In this document: positions 23,833 to 36,950 of the stretch, one piece after another | Numbering within the stretch: the first letter of the stretch is position 1 | How the letters are laid out: every line of letters begins with the position of its first letter | NCBI RefSeq assembly: GCF_006345805.1 | Contig: NC_043002.1 | Location: 24,738,001-24,802,000 of the forward strand | From: Octopus sinensis | Taxonomy: Eukaryota | Direction: 5' to 3' | DNA: 64,000 nt | The notes under the pieces: generated by a model | Told to the model about the DNA's origin: nothing | What the model saw: the letters and a program-made list of their open reading frames with translations, nothing else | The model's database searches: none | Position numbers and translations under genes: made by a program

Positions 23833-24174
23833 ATCTATGTTGAAAAGAGGAATGCTCATAGATGTATTAACTGGAATTTTTAAGAAAATTATCCCAGAAG
23901 TTGTCATCAAAAAACATCAGTTAAAATGTCTTGAGTATGGGATTTACCAGACTCTTTGAGGGTGACTAAATGATTAAGACCACATTTATGAGAATGTGAC
24001 CGAGTTTGCAAAAGGTATCACAAATATAGCTGAACTTGAGAGACAAACTAGTACATTAAGATGAGTAGTCACTGGAACAATTCAAAGAGAACATTCTATT
24101 TTCTAGTACAAGTGCTTTGGATGAAACAAATTCTTCTGTAGAATATATTTTATGAAAGCTTTATTTATTGGAAA
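23833..24174 (+). other. Predicted 5'UTR portion of exon 2, ZNF gene 2
   Basis: Acceptor TTTTATTTAATTTCAG|ATCTATGTTGAAAAGAGG, nearly identical to the gene 3 acceptor. Confidence 0.65.
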
Positions 24175-24945
24175 ATGTTGCAGACAGAGGAAAAACCTTA
24201 CAGATGTGAGGTTTGTGGTAAAGTGTTTTCTCAAAACAGTCACCTAACAGTTCATATTCGTATTCACACAGGTGAGAAACCATACCACTGTGAAATTTGT
24301 GGGAAAACCTTTTCCCGAATGACACGACTTACAGATCATAGACGGACTCATTCAAGAGAAAAACTCTACAATTGTGAAATCTGTGACAAATCCTTTTCTT
24401 GTAAAAGTTACTTGTCAGATCATAGACGTATTCACAAAGAAAAAATATTCTGCTGTGAAATTTGTGAAAAGAAATTTTCTCGTAATGCTGATTTAATGTA
24501 TCATAAACGTGTTCACACTGGAGAGAAACCATTTGACTGTGAAATCTGTGGTAAAGCATTCTTATGTAGTACTAAGTTATTGTGTCACAAACGTATTCAC
24601 ACAGGAGAAAAACCATACCAATGTGAAATCTGTGGCAAGGCATTTTCTCAGAATTGTACATTAACAGACCATAAGCATATTCATACTGGTGAGAAACCAT
24701 ACCAGTGTGAAATCTGTGGGAAAGTATTTTCACGCAGTACTAAATTGTCAGATCACAGAAGGCTTCACAGTGGAAGACAATACCAATGTGAAATTTGTGG
24801 GAGAGCATTCACATGCAGTAGTCATTTATCGATCCATATACGGACACATACAGGAGAAAAACCATACCAGTGTGAAATTTGTGGTGAAGCATTTTCTAAA
24901 AATGGAAATCTATCGCGACATCATCTCATTCACAGTAGAAAATGA
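24175..24945 (+). CDS. C2H2 zinc-finger protein, cluster gene 2 (256 aa, 9 fingers)
   Basis: ATG at 24175; MLQTEEKPYRC start paralogous to gene 1; 9 intact fingers. Confidence 0.95.
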   Translation: MLQTEEKPYRCEVCGKVFSQNSHLTVHIRIHTGEKPYHCEICGKTFSRMTRLTDHRRTHSREKLYNCEICDKSFSCKSYLSDHRRIHKEKIFCCEICEKKFSRNADLMYHKRVHTGEKPFDCEICGKAFLCSTKLLCHKRIHTGEKPYQCEICGKAFSQNCTLTDHKHIHTGEKPYQCEICGKVFSRSTKLSDHRRLHSGRQYQCEICGRAFTCSSHLSIHIRTHTGEKPYQCEICGEAFSKNGNLSRHHLIHSRK

Positions 24946-24991
24946 ATTGTATCACTATGAAATTTGTGAAAATGTCTTCAAATTTAAAAAT

Positions 24992-25212
24992 CTATTTCTT
25001 TACTACCCACAAGGGGCTAAACACAGAGAGGACAGACAAACAGATTAAGTCGATTACATCGACCTCGGTGCATAACTGGTACTTAATTTATTGACTCCGA
25101 AATGATGAAAGGCAAAGTCGACCTCGGTGGAATTTGAACTCAGAACATAGCAGCAGATGAATACGGCTACGCATTTCGCCCGGCACGCTAATGTTTCTGC
25201 CAGCTCGCCACC
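24992..25212 (-). mobile_element. SINE family B monomer in the 3' region of ZNF gene 2
   Basis: Reverse complement of GG(T/C)GGCGAGCTGGCAGAAAC...GGGTAGTAAAGAAATAG. Confidence 0.85.
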
Positions 25213-25658
25213 TTATAACTTCAAATTTAAATATCAATTAACCTTTTACACATTTCACAGCTTAAAGAGCAAATGTAGCGCAGATTATTATAAGATATTT
25301 TCTCAAAACTGTTTCTTAATTTTAAAGAAATATGTTGACACTGAGCATAACATGTCATATGATAAGTTATGTCAGGGGCGTAGTTTTGCCATTCTGTGTA
25401 GTATCAGGTAATGTTTTATAAATACAATACCATTACTTTATTGAGATTTCATGCTCATACAATACAATGAAATGAATACTAATTTTGAAAAGGAAAATAT
25501 TTATTTAAATGAAATGAAACAAATTTCTTTAGATCAGTAATACTGTTACAGATGTAATATTACCTGGTTTTAACCACAGTGGCAAGGGTATATCTCTAAT
25601 GTCAGGAGTATATGTCAGATAACACTAATTAGTATATAGTAACTGAGGGAGATATATC

Positions 25659-25888
25659 TATTTCTTTACTACCCACAAGGGGCTACACAGAGGGGACAAA
25701 CAAAGACATACAAACGGATTAAGTCGATTATATCGACCCCAGTGCGTAACTGGTACTTAATTTATCGACCCCGAAAGGATGAAAGGCAAAGTCAACCTCG
25801 GCGGAATTTGAACTCAGAACGTAGCTGCAGACGAAATACCACTAAGCATTTCGTCCGGCGTGCTAACGATTCTGCCGGCTCACCGCCT
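25659..25888 (-). mobile_element. SINE family B monomer with 19-bp TSD
   Basis: TAACTGAGGGAGATATATC duplicated at 25640-25658 and 25889-25907. Confidence 0.9.
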
Positions 25889-27282
25889 TAACTGAGGGAG
25901 ATATATCCTTTGGGAGCAGAGTTATCTCCCTTAAGGATTTAAACAAACGACAGAGACACTGCTAGTTAGTAAATAAATAAATCTTTATCCTTGTGATGTT
26001 TGTATATACCTTCCCAGTTATTATGGTATTTAACACCATATCTTGTAGTTTATATTATATGTCTTGACAATCCATTTGATTGTTGTTTAACCTTGAGTCA
26101 GCCCAGATTGATTCCAACAAAAACTAGCCTATTTTTGGAACGTTTAGGATTACATTGTCCAAGGAGTATTTTTCTTATTTGAGATGGTAGGTATGATTTG
26201 AAGAGATTTGTCTGCTATTTCTAGCAGGTTATGCTACTACATAGAGCTTTCCTCAGTTACCAAGCAATTTCTTAGTATATTTTACTTGGGTAACAAACGA
26301 TGGCCACAAAATATCAAAATAAATCTGTTTGGTATTTCTGACGTCCTAAATAATTACAAAATATTTATTGAATATATTTCCTAATAAGCATGATAATTAT
26401 TTCAGGAATGTTTGTATTTCTTGTCAGTTAACTCTTATTTCTTGTAAATATGTACAAATCTCAATTGAATGCTGATCCTAAAACTAAATATTTCTGTGAC
26501 ATGTTAATAGATATTCAGAATAATGAACTTAAATATATATATTAAGTATGACTGTGTGGGTGAAAAGTCCACTTTGCAATGATATAGTTTTGGGTTCAAT
26601 CTCTGTGTGGCACCATGAAGATATACACACACACTCTTACATGTGTGTGTATACATATATTTTTTCACTTTCTTTTTCTCCCTTTTGCTTATATTCTCCA
26701 TGCTTTACATTCTGACATATGTACACACCTCTACTGCCCCACTAATTTTTTTCTTCTCTTTCTAAAATACAAAAGTAATTTCCTTTTTTGCACTGATATT
26801 TTTCTTTCTCCATTTTTTTTTTCTCTTTTCATCTCTCACTTGTCTGCTGACTTCTACATATCTTTGCACCCACTTCTACCACATACTCTGGATTTCCCTC
26901 ATCTTGCCTTTCACCTCACACTTGTACTCGCTACCACCTCTCCCCTTTCATGCTTACTTCACACAGTATGATCATCAACCAACCACACACTCCATTATCT
27001 CATGCCACTACATTTCCATACTTGCACATGTACACTCCAAAAATAATCACATACTTCACCCCTTGTTCCCATTCAGATACATCAATACACTTGTATATGG
27101 GCCTCCTACTTCCACTGCCTTAACTCCACCCATAAAATCACATTGCTATCTCACCGATAACACCGTCTCTTTTTCTTTTCAACCATTTTCTCTTTTTCAC
27201 TCTCCTTTACTTCTCTTCTGATGAAAGATGTCCAAAATGTCAAAATTCTTTCCCTTCCTTTTAAGAGTTAAACTTGTGTGTT

Positions 27283-27339
<57 letters not shown>

Positions 27340-27443
27340 CTATATATATGTATATATGTGTGTGTATGTATGTGTGTATCGTTAAAGCTTCTCATCTTGT
27401 GTCAAACTCTTTCCCTTCCTTTTAAGAGTTAAACTTGTGTGTT

Positions 27444-27481
<38 letters not shown>

Positions 27482-27544
27482 TATATATATATATGTGTGT
27501 GTCTATATATATGTATATATGTGTGTGTATGTATGTGTGTATCG

Positions 27545-27700
27545 TTAAAGCTTCTCATCTTCCAGCCTTCAGGGAGCACCTCATCCAGACCAGCTGCTTT
27601 CCCATTCTTCAATCTCTTTTGGATCTTGAGCCACGGGAATTCTCATGTCAAATGACCCAGAATGATGTACATTGATCAACTCTCTTGTGATGTCGAGTTA
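27545..27700 (-). mobile_element. Short RTE-like LINE reverse-transcriptase fragment
   Basis: LKNGKAAGLDEVLPEGWK resembles the RT domain 0 motif (LKxxKAxGxDxI.xE). Confidence 0.55.
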
Positions 27701-28385
27701 CAAATAGAAGACCTAAAATTGCCATAGAAGAAGGAAATGTTTAAAGAGAAAGTATTTTTGGTCTGGACAACATACCTGAAACAAGCGAAAATGAATTATA
27801 TATGTATATATTTACACACATGCACATAGGTGCATACACACACACCTGCATATATATGTGGCACTCAACTCCTTTTGTAGAGTATATGATAAAACTTATT
27901 AAATCAAATTCTGTGTGTATATACACACAGAATTTGTATATACACACACACATGACTGCATCTATGATGGAAGCATAAAATGAGGGACAGAAGCCATAAC
28001 AGCAGTATGTATTGAGAAATGTGTACATGGACTTGTTAGATTACTTGGTAATGTCTTAGAGAAGCCACATTATTGTTGGTGATACAGCATTCTATTGCAG
28101 TTATATGATATGTTTGCGACTAAGTGACATGATGATAATTCACTTCCAAATTGAAATAGGCTCCCAGCCTCTGTATCATGAATGGTTATCTGGACCATTC
28201 TTAATGAAAGCCAGAGCTTCTGTTGACCACTACATAAAAAGTATTAAGAAAAAATGTTATGTAGATATAGTTTTATTTTAGTTGTTTACACTATTTTATA
28301 CTTGTTTATACTCTTATACATTTAAAATTCACAAATTTCCTTATTTAAATTATGAATCATATTCCTTTCAGTAATATCAATATGA

Positions 28386-28580
28386 TTACAAAACTTCTTT
28401 GTAAATGATATTTTCTGTTTGGTCGATACTAATTTTCAAATTACTGGAGTCTGTTGCTCTACTCATAGCCACATATAACTGGTCATGTGTAAACATCAGA
28501 GTGGGTAAAAGTACACCTACATGATCTAAACCCTGGCCCTGTGCCTTGTTTGTTGTGAATATGCGAGCGGAATCTTTAGT
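28386..28580 (-). mobile_element. Helitron helicase C-terminal remnant
   Basis: TTNKAQGQGLDHVGVLLPTLMFTHDQLYVAMSRATDSSNLKISIDQTENIIYKEVL*; not in the ORF track. Confidence 0.85.
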
Positions 28581-31316
28581 GTTGTAAAAATATCAAACTA
28601 AGACTTACCTCTCACTGTTCTATGCAAATAATGTCTGGATGTTCTGGTACCAGAATCTCTGTTAAATCGTATCCCACCATCAGAGGCTACAAAGTGATGT
28701 TGCTGGAGTGGTTTGAACAGCAGATATAAATTAGAGAGATATGTGTCTCAAAGAGAAACAGTAGGTAATGTGAGTAGGGTCAACATTGGGTTGAAATCTA
28801 AAGATGTTGGCGTATAAAACACAAATCTGTGAAATGACATTACAATTTTAATTTCATACAAGTTCTGTGAGTTTGGAAATACATTCTAAAATTGCTGCTT
28901 AGATAAGAGAATTTTTTTTTTTTTTTTTGTAGTAGACTTCATTCAACACCTTCATGGTTAGGATATGTTGGAGGAGAGATCATGGACAGGCACAAAGTAT
29001 TTTCTGTTTAAAATGCCGGAGAACATATGAATTAAGTTAACCAACATAAAGTTGCTGATTTTCAAACAAACTTATAAGTTGCAGTGGGGTCTCAAGCTGA
29101 CAGACAGAGAAGGACTACATTTGCAACGGCTGCATAAGAGTACCCATGACATGCAATCATTCAACTGTCCAGAAGGTGATTTAGCCAACAACAGCCCAAA
29201 GTATAATGGAAGCATAGGAGGTAGAGTAATAATGGAATGGGAAAATTTCAGTTAGCTATTATCTTTGTTGGCAACAAAATGTTTTTCTCTCTGAGTAAAG
29301 AACATTGCATAACACTGTATGAAGTGTGCTATTGCATGATCATGAAAGATGAACACTGAATAAATAGGGTATGAGAAGTGAGGTGAGTAAACTCCATTAG
29401 ATGTGTGGTGTTAGTGCAAATAAACAATGGTGTGCAAAAGAGCTGAAAAATAAAATAAAATGAGTAACAGAAATTAGCTGTAATGTAGAAGATAGAAGAG
29501 TGTTATGTATATGAAGGGTGAAAAGTGAAGCAAGCCAAGTGGAAGGAGCTTGTGGAAGAGGCAGAAATGGTGAAGGCTACACCAAGATGCTGCAAATGTC
29601 ACAGCCGTAAATGAGAAAAATCAGACACGAGGAAAAAATATCTTGTGGTATTTGGTTGCATCCATTTACGTATTGAGTTAAAAACTCATCTGAGGTGACT
29701 GTCTTTATTCTTCTGTAATTAATAAAACAAATACCTGTCAAAAACTGACTACAATCTCTCCCAAATATGTGGCTCTGTGACTAAGATGTGCATTCTTTTT
29801 TAATATAAATAAAATAGAGAAAACATTTTGCTGTAAAAATGATTTTTAATTTCATCTCTTTATAAAATATAATTTTAGAATGAGAATATACTTTGATAAA
29901 TGTGGTTTGAAATGCATAATATACAAATACACAAGCAGAATGAATGGACCAAGTGTTTGGAGATAAGCGTGTTTACATAGTCCAAGAGTTTCAGCAGGTG
30001 TTTTAATAATAACAGCAGTTTATATCATTATTGTTTCAGCATCTATTTTTCTATGCTTGCATGGGTCAAACAGAATTTGCTGAGGCAGGCTTTCAATAGC
30101 CAGATGTTCGTCCTGTCACCAAGCAAGACATATTTCCATATATGATAGGAAACAAAGGATACGGATAATTTGACAGTGACATTTGTTTACAACTATCACA
30201 TGATGTCAAACAAGGACACACATATACACAAACATACATATATGTGTACATATGTATACACACACACGTCTTTCAAATCTACTCACTGTATGTATACACA
30301 CACACACACATCTGTCTATCAAATCTACTCACAAGGCTTTGGTCGATCTGAGGCCATACTAAAAGACACCTGTCCAAGGTATCATGTGGAGGAACTGAAC
30401 ACAAAACTATTTGGTTGAGAAGTGAACTTCTTACAACACAGAAGTATGCCTGTGCCTCACTATATAGAAATAAACGTAGACATACAAACTCCACTTGGTT
30501 GAAATATATCTATTGCAATGTTCCAATAATTTCAATATATTATTTCTCCAGTGGTTATATTTAGAAATGAGTAAATAAAACCTGCAGCTATACAGACTCA
30601 CACATACATATCACCATTTAATATCCCATATTTGCATGGGTTGGACGGAGTTTGTTTTCCACAGCAGGATGTCCTTCCTGTCATCAACCCTTACCGGTTT
30701 CCAAGTGAGGTAATATTTCCCATGACCAGACATTACTTTCACAGATGGTTGGAAATGAAGGACCCCACTTACATGATGGTGATATTTGTTTACAACTACT
30801 ACATGAAGACAGTAACACACACACACATATATATATATACAACAGGCTTCATTGTTTCTGTCTATCAAATTCATTCACAAAGCTTTGGTCAGGCAGAGCC
30901 TATAGTAGGAGGTACTTGACCAAAGTGTCATGCAGTGAAACTGAAACTGAGACCATGTGGTTGGGAAACAAACTTCTTATCACAGTGCCAAGCCTGCATG
31001 TACAAATATGCATCATATATCAATATACATTCACACACACAGAGAAAAGGATTTAAACAATTTAGCAATGATGAAAAATAGTACATAACATATTTGTTTT
31101 ATTGTTACAACTGGTTGGTTGTAACAACAAAAAATACTACAACTGTCATAGGTTAAGAACTTTTTCCTAATTTGAATATTTTTTATGTATCTCTGTCATT
31201 TTTAGAAACAATAATCCTTGAATATAAAAATATATTAGAAGAAATAATTTTGAGAAAATACCTACAAAATACCAGTTACATTTGTCTTCAGTCCAAAATA
31301 AATTCATATTAGATTA

Positions 31317-32414
31317 TCACTTTCCTATGTGAACACGATAATGAGATAATAAATTTCTGTTTCTTGAAAACCCTTTCTCACAAATATCACACTGGAATGA
31401 TTTTTGACCAGAATGAATATGACTATGCCCTGACAAACTGCTGCTACTGGAAAATGATTTACCACAGATTTCACAGTGGTAGGGCTTTTCACCAGTATGG
31501 ATACGTCTATGATCTGTTAATGCACTATTTCGAGGGAATGCTTTCCCACAAAATTCACAGCTAAATGGTTTTTCTCCAGAGTGAACACGTTTATGATCTG
31601 ATAAACCACTGCTGCAAGAAAATCCTTTTCCACAGGTTTGACATTTGTATGGTTTTTCTCCTGTATGGGTATGTTTGTGAACTTTTAATTGACTGTCCCA
31701 AGCAAATGTTTGCCCACAAATTTCACAGTGGTACGGTTTTTCACCAGTGTGAACACGCTTATGAACTGATAATTTGGTGTTTCGCAAAAAAGCCTTCCCA
31801 CAGATTTCACATGTATATGGTTTCTCTCCTGTGTGAACACGTATGTGATAAATTAATTCGCTGTTACGAGAAAACTTTCTATCACAAATTTGGCAGCTGA
31901 ATCGTTTTTCTTTGTGAAGACGTTTATGACATGATAAGGTGCTGCTAGAAGATAACGTTTTTCCACAGACCCCACATTGATAAGGTTTTTCTCCTGTGTG
32001 ACTATAAGTATGATTTGTTAATGCACTCTTCTGAGAAAAAGCTTTCCCACAAATTTCACACTGGTATGGTTTTTCTCCAGTGTGAACGCGTTTATGATCA
32101 GATAATTTATTGTTACGTGAAAATGCTTTCCCACAGATATCACACTTATATGGTTTCTCTCTTGTGTGAACACGTATATGATAAATTAGTTCACTGTTAC
32201 GAGAAAATGATTTCCTACAAATTTCACAGTGGTGTACCTTTTCTTTATGAATACGTTTATGATGAGATAAGTAACTGTTACAAGAAAAGGCTTTCCCACA
32301 AATATCACAGGGGTAAGGTTTTTCACCGGTGTGAATACGAACATGAATTGTTAAGTGATCTTCATGGGTGAATATTTTCCCACAAACATCACATATATGA
32401 GGTTTCTCCTCCAT
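31317..32414 (-). CDS. C2H2 zinc-finger protein, cluster gene 3 (365 aa from the ATG, 13 fingers)
   Basis: The track ORF starts at a TTG (32429); first ATG at 32414 (MEEKPHIC); 13 intact fingers. Confidence 0.95.
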   Translation of the reverse strand: MEEKPHICDVCGKIFTHEDHLTIHVRIHTGEKPYPCDICGKAFSCNSYLSHHKRIHKEKVHHCEICRKSFSRNSELIYHIRVHTREKPYKCDICGKAFSRNNKLSDHKRVHTGEKPYQCEICGKAFSQKSALTNHTYSHTGEKPYQCGVCGKTLSSSSTLSCHKRLHKEKRFSCQICDRKFSRNSELIYHIRVHTGEKPYTCEICGKAFLRNTKLSVHKRVHTGEKPYHCEICGQTFAWDSQLKVHKHTHTGEKPYKCQTCGKGFSCSSGLSDHKRVHSGEKPFSCEFCGKAFPRNSALTDHRRIHTGEKPYHCEICGKSFSSSSSLSGHSHIHSGQKSFQCDICEKGFSRNRNLLSHYRVHIGK

Positions 32415-32973
32415 TTTTATATTTTCCAACCAATAATGTTTTTATTTTTTCCTGTGAACACTTTTCTTATAAAACAACTCTCTTGCCAAATAAAAATTAC
32501 TTCAGTAAACTTAACAGTAGAATTTATTTTCTACAGATGTTCTTCAGCTCCAAGGTAACTCTGATTGAGCAAGCAGTCCCATAATCAAATAGCTGAGCCA
32601 TAACCCTTCCATCTTTTCTTGGAAGTAGTCAAAATATACAGGACTATATTGTCCAATGTGTCCTTTATTTTGGATTTTTTAAGATGACATGGTATGATGA
32701 TATGCAGTAGAATTGACTGCTATTTCTGAATTAGAAGATGTAGAATTTGGAACATATTTCCAGAAATGTCCCATTGATCAAATGTTTGTTTCAATGAAGT
32801 AATGTTTGTCAATTCAAGACATGTCTGTGATATAAAGACTTTTCCCTAATATTAATCATAATATTAACCACATAACACTGTTACTCTCAGGTAACTGAAC
32901 TAAATATCACACACTGGTTATTTCAGCTAATAATGGTGATATCTGGTAGAATTCCACTTTTCACAACACAGAC
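32415..32973 (-). other. Predicted 5'UTR portion of exon 2, ZNF gene 3
   Basis: Acceptor TTTTATTTAATTTCAG|GTCTGTGTTGTGAAAAGTGG; additional internal splicing cannot be excluded. Confidence 0.55.
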
Positions 32974-33751
32974 CTGAAATTAAATAAAATAATTCTAAGT
33001 AAGTAACAATGGGGTGTAGATTAGCAAAGCAGTTATGTGGTACATGCAATATATTTAAGTTCACAGATATGTGTTTGTGATGTAACCTCGCATGATTTGA
33101 GTACATAGTCTTTATTAGACTATTGGCTGCATCAGTGTAACAAGTCAGAGTGAGGCTTGCAAAAGATAAATGGGCAACTGCTAGTCTTTCTAAAAAAAAA
33201 ATCTTGCTCAGGCCTACACATATATTTGCAGATGCATGGTCAACATTGAGCAAAGGAGGATCTCACATCCTACAAGACTAAAGCCTCATGTAACATGTTT
33301 CTTCTCAACGTTTTTCACAATAAAGCTTATCAGGGCAATATAGTTGACATTACAAACTATATTATCTTCAAAATTTTGGCAAATTCTTGTGGAAAATAGG
33401 GCACTGTCCTTGTTACATTTTAGCCACATACCAGCTGAGATTGAGCAAATCTACGATATAATGACCAAGGCATACAAGCTGGCTGTTGTATTTTATATTT
33501 TTTATTTTCTTCTGTTTTTGAGATGATAAAGTGTAGTGTGAGGGAGATTTGGCTGCTATTTCTAGCACCAACCCAGGGTTACATTATTCAATGTGACTCT
33601 CCATTTTGCAGACATTAGGATATGATTCGAAATTTGACTGCCATTTCTAAGAGACAAAGCAATCACTTAGCAGCTCCTTCACTGACATGGATACTTTTAA
33701 TTTTAATGATTAATGAAAAGGTTTTGCAAATGAAAATTCATGGAAAATGTA

Positions 33752-34915
33752 CTGTGTGTGTAAGATATTTGAGGACAGATTTATGTTTATGAAAAAAAAC
33801 CCAGATAAACAATAACACATAATTTTATTATCAAAAATTGCTGTGAGGATAAAAATAAACCTTTTCTATAATGTTATTCAATAAAGTTGCCTTCAGTTTC
33901 AACAACTGCTTCTATATGAGATCTAAATCATCTACATGCTCGTATCAAGTGGTCCTGGTTCATTTTGGACATTATTCTGACTATGGCGGCTTTCAAAGAA
34001 TCTTTGGTATTATGGGCATGTTTATTGACCTCCCTCTCAACAACACTCTACATGTAATAGTCCAATGGGTTGAGATCTGGGGAATTAGGAGGTCAAATAT
34101 TAGGGGTTATGTGACCATGAAAATTTCCAGCCATCCATTCCTGTGTTACTAGAGCCATGTGTGATAGTACAGTCTTACTGAAACACATATGGCCTTCCAT
34201 TGCATACACTGTCTATCCAGGGCTTAACAATTATTTCCAGGACCTCAGTGTAGGTGGCATTGTTAACTCTAAGGCTTTGTGGAAAAAGTAAGGAAGCATC
34301 ACATGTCCTTCATTGCTGTCAACGCTTAAAACCATGACAGTTGCAGGAAATTTTTTATGCATAACACTTGGAATTTAGAAGGGTATGCACATAACCATCT
34401 GTCATTTCTTCTGTTAACTTTTTGATCTTGGTTGAAGTTTTTCTCGTTTGAGAAAAATCAAATCAAATCTTTTTTCTGATAAATTGACCTTTCCTCATCA
34501 TATAAGACATATCTGACTGTTCCTTCTAACACATGGAGATCTTTTGTAAATGACCTTATGGACTTTCTGGGATTGTAATCAATGGTCTGTTGAACTTGCT
34601 GAATAAATTCTGGTATTCTGATGATTTCAGAGCGTTTAGAATACTTTTCATACTTTGATACTGGTGATATGTTTCCATCTTCAGTCTCTAGCTCCTTACA
34701 AACTCTGCAGACAAAAGATCTGGCAACTTTGAAAAATTGAGATATTTCTAAATCGCTATGCTCAGCCTTTATAACCACAATAACAACATACCTCTTCATT
34801 TCTTGAGTAAGTTGAGGGTCTACCATTATTATTTTCTGAAACAAACATTATACAGTTAGCAAGAAGTGCAGCAATGACCCAAAAAAGGTATGTCCTCAAA
34901 TACCTTATGTACCTG
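33752..34915 (-). mobile_element. Tc1/mariner element, internally deleted and decayed
   Basis: Imperfect TIRs (...TAAGRTATTTGAGGACA) flanked by TA; N-terminal MKRYVVIVVIKAEHSDLEISQFFKVARSFV and C-terminal PPNSPDLNPLDYY. Confidence 0.85.
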
Positions 34916-35902
34916 TATATAATATTATTAAACGCCTATTTCACTTCTATGTTGTTTGAGTAAATTTACAATCAAAAGATTTCCAACCATGACCACCTAA
35001 CCCTTTCTTAATGATATCTAGTATTATATTATGTAGGCTTCCTTTTTTAAGTCGGAAGAAGGTAATGTGATAGAGATTTTGTCTGTTATTTCTAGCAAGC
35101 TGAGCAACCACACAGAAGAGAGTCCTTCACTTCCTTGTTGATACTGGTCAGTAAGCGCAAGGAGTTAGTGGTCCAGGAGAGGATGTGGACAGTAGAGCAT
35201 CCATACAACGTATTGCGTATTTTACACAGGCATAAGGCAAAAAGTGGGTGGGGAGACAGTCCACCCTAGTACTTGACTAGTACTTATCGGCCCCAAGAAG
35301 GATAACGACAAAGTTGGCCTGAGCATGTCTTGAATGGAGGGCGTGTAAAATATTGATTTCAAATTTCGGTAGAAGGCCAGCAATTTCGGGGGAGGAATAA
35401 GTCGATTACATGAACCCCAGTGTCCAATTGGTACTTATTTTATCGATCCCGAAAGGATGAAGGGCAAAGTCGACCTCGGTGGAATTGGAACGCAGAATGT
35501 GCAGAGAATGAGTAAAGTATTAATGGCTGAATGAGGAAGTATAAAGATAAAACAAAAGCATGAACATGTGAGATCTTATTTTCATATCTTCTTCCCATAA
35601 ATTGAAGTCGAAAGAAAGAAGGGACCACCAATGTTGCCGTATGTCCTACTAGAAACAGCAGCCAAATGTGCTTTAACTTAAATTCCGGTGTCTTGAAAAG
35701 AGGGACACGCTAAAGTACTAGAATAATTATACTTGAAACGCTTTTGATCACGGGTTCGATCAGTCAGGAACTGGTATAGGAGTGAACAGAAACAAACCGA
35801 AGTTTTGTGATAAACCGACAACCGAATCCTACTTTACACGCGCATATAACGGTAACATACTAGACTTTGACGTACGTTTGAAAGAAAAGCCCGTCCCCCG
35901 CC

Positions 35903-35964
<62 letters not shown>

Positions 35965-36222
35965 GTTCTTTGTTCAGTCAAAAGCATATAAAACATTATC
36001 TTTGATTATATATATAGTTATATATATATAAAGGTCAATTAATCTGTCGTAAACTTTTCATAACCCGTAATTTTTCATCATTTGTCATGACATAATTCAG
36101 TGACAATAAGAATACATAGTAAATATGAGTCATTAAAATGTTTATTTTTCGTTCGTTGACTCCTTATGATTTTAACCTTTCAACTCACGTTGAGTGTCTG
36201 ACAATAAACAACTTATCCCTAC

Positions 36223-36458
36223 CTCAACACAATGCTCTCGTCCCTCTTGTCTGCTTTCTCTTGGATTTCCTTAAACAATATAGTTAAATGGGGCAGGATA
36301 GTTCACATCTTTACCTTCTTTAAAAGTCCCTTATCAACTGTCACTATCCAATATTTAAATATTTAAATATATATATCTCCAATATTGGAGTTAAGCATGA
36401 AACCTAAACAGAAAACTAAATAAACCAGACTATGGCGACGGCGAACAGGAAGTACAGA
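36223..36458 (-). promoter_or_regulatory. Predicted promoter motif and non-coding exon 1, ZNF gene 3
   Basis: CTGTACTTCCTGT (core 36445-36454); GTTTAAGGAAATCCAAGAGAAAGCAGAC...TGTGTTGAG|GTAGGG (GT at 36222-36221). Confidence 0.6.
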
Positions 36459-36629
36459 CTAAACTAATCTATGAAACATTAGTAAACAGACTAATGTTGA
36501 ATTTACTTTACTTTCTTTAACTTTTTCTACCTTTTATTTCGTGTCTCTTAATACTTCGTTATTTTTTTAAAAATCGTTTAAATAACAAGGGCTTTGAAAA
36601 TCTGATATTGTTTTTTTTGTAAGACCAGA

Positions 36630-36870
36630 CTATATATATATATATATATACACCTATAGATATATATATATATATATATACCTATATATATATATATATA
36701 TACCTATATATATATATATATACCTATATATATATATATATACCTATATATATATATATACCTATATATATATACCTATATATATACCTATATATATATC
36801 TATATATATATATATACCTATATATATATATATATATACCTATATATATATCTATATATATATATATATA

Positions 36871-36945
<75 letters not shown>

Positions 36946-36950
36946 TATAT
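36630..36950. repeat. Compound (TA)n array punctuated by CC/C
   Basis: Repeated TATATATATACC units over about 320 bp. Confidence 0.9.

Noticed and set aside
27238-27561. ~161-bp tandem duplication around a TA/TG microsatellite
   Set aside because: Simple local slippage or assembly artefact; no further structure.
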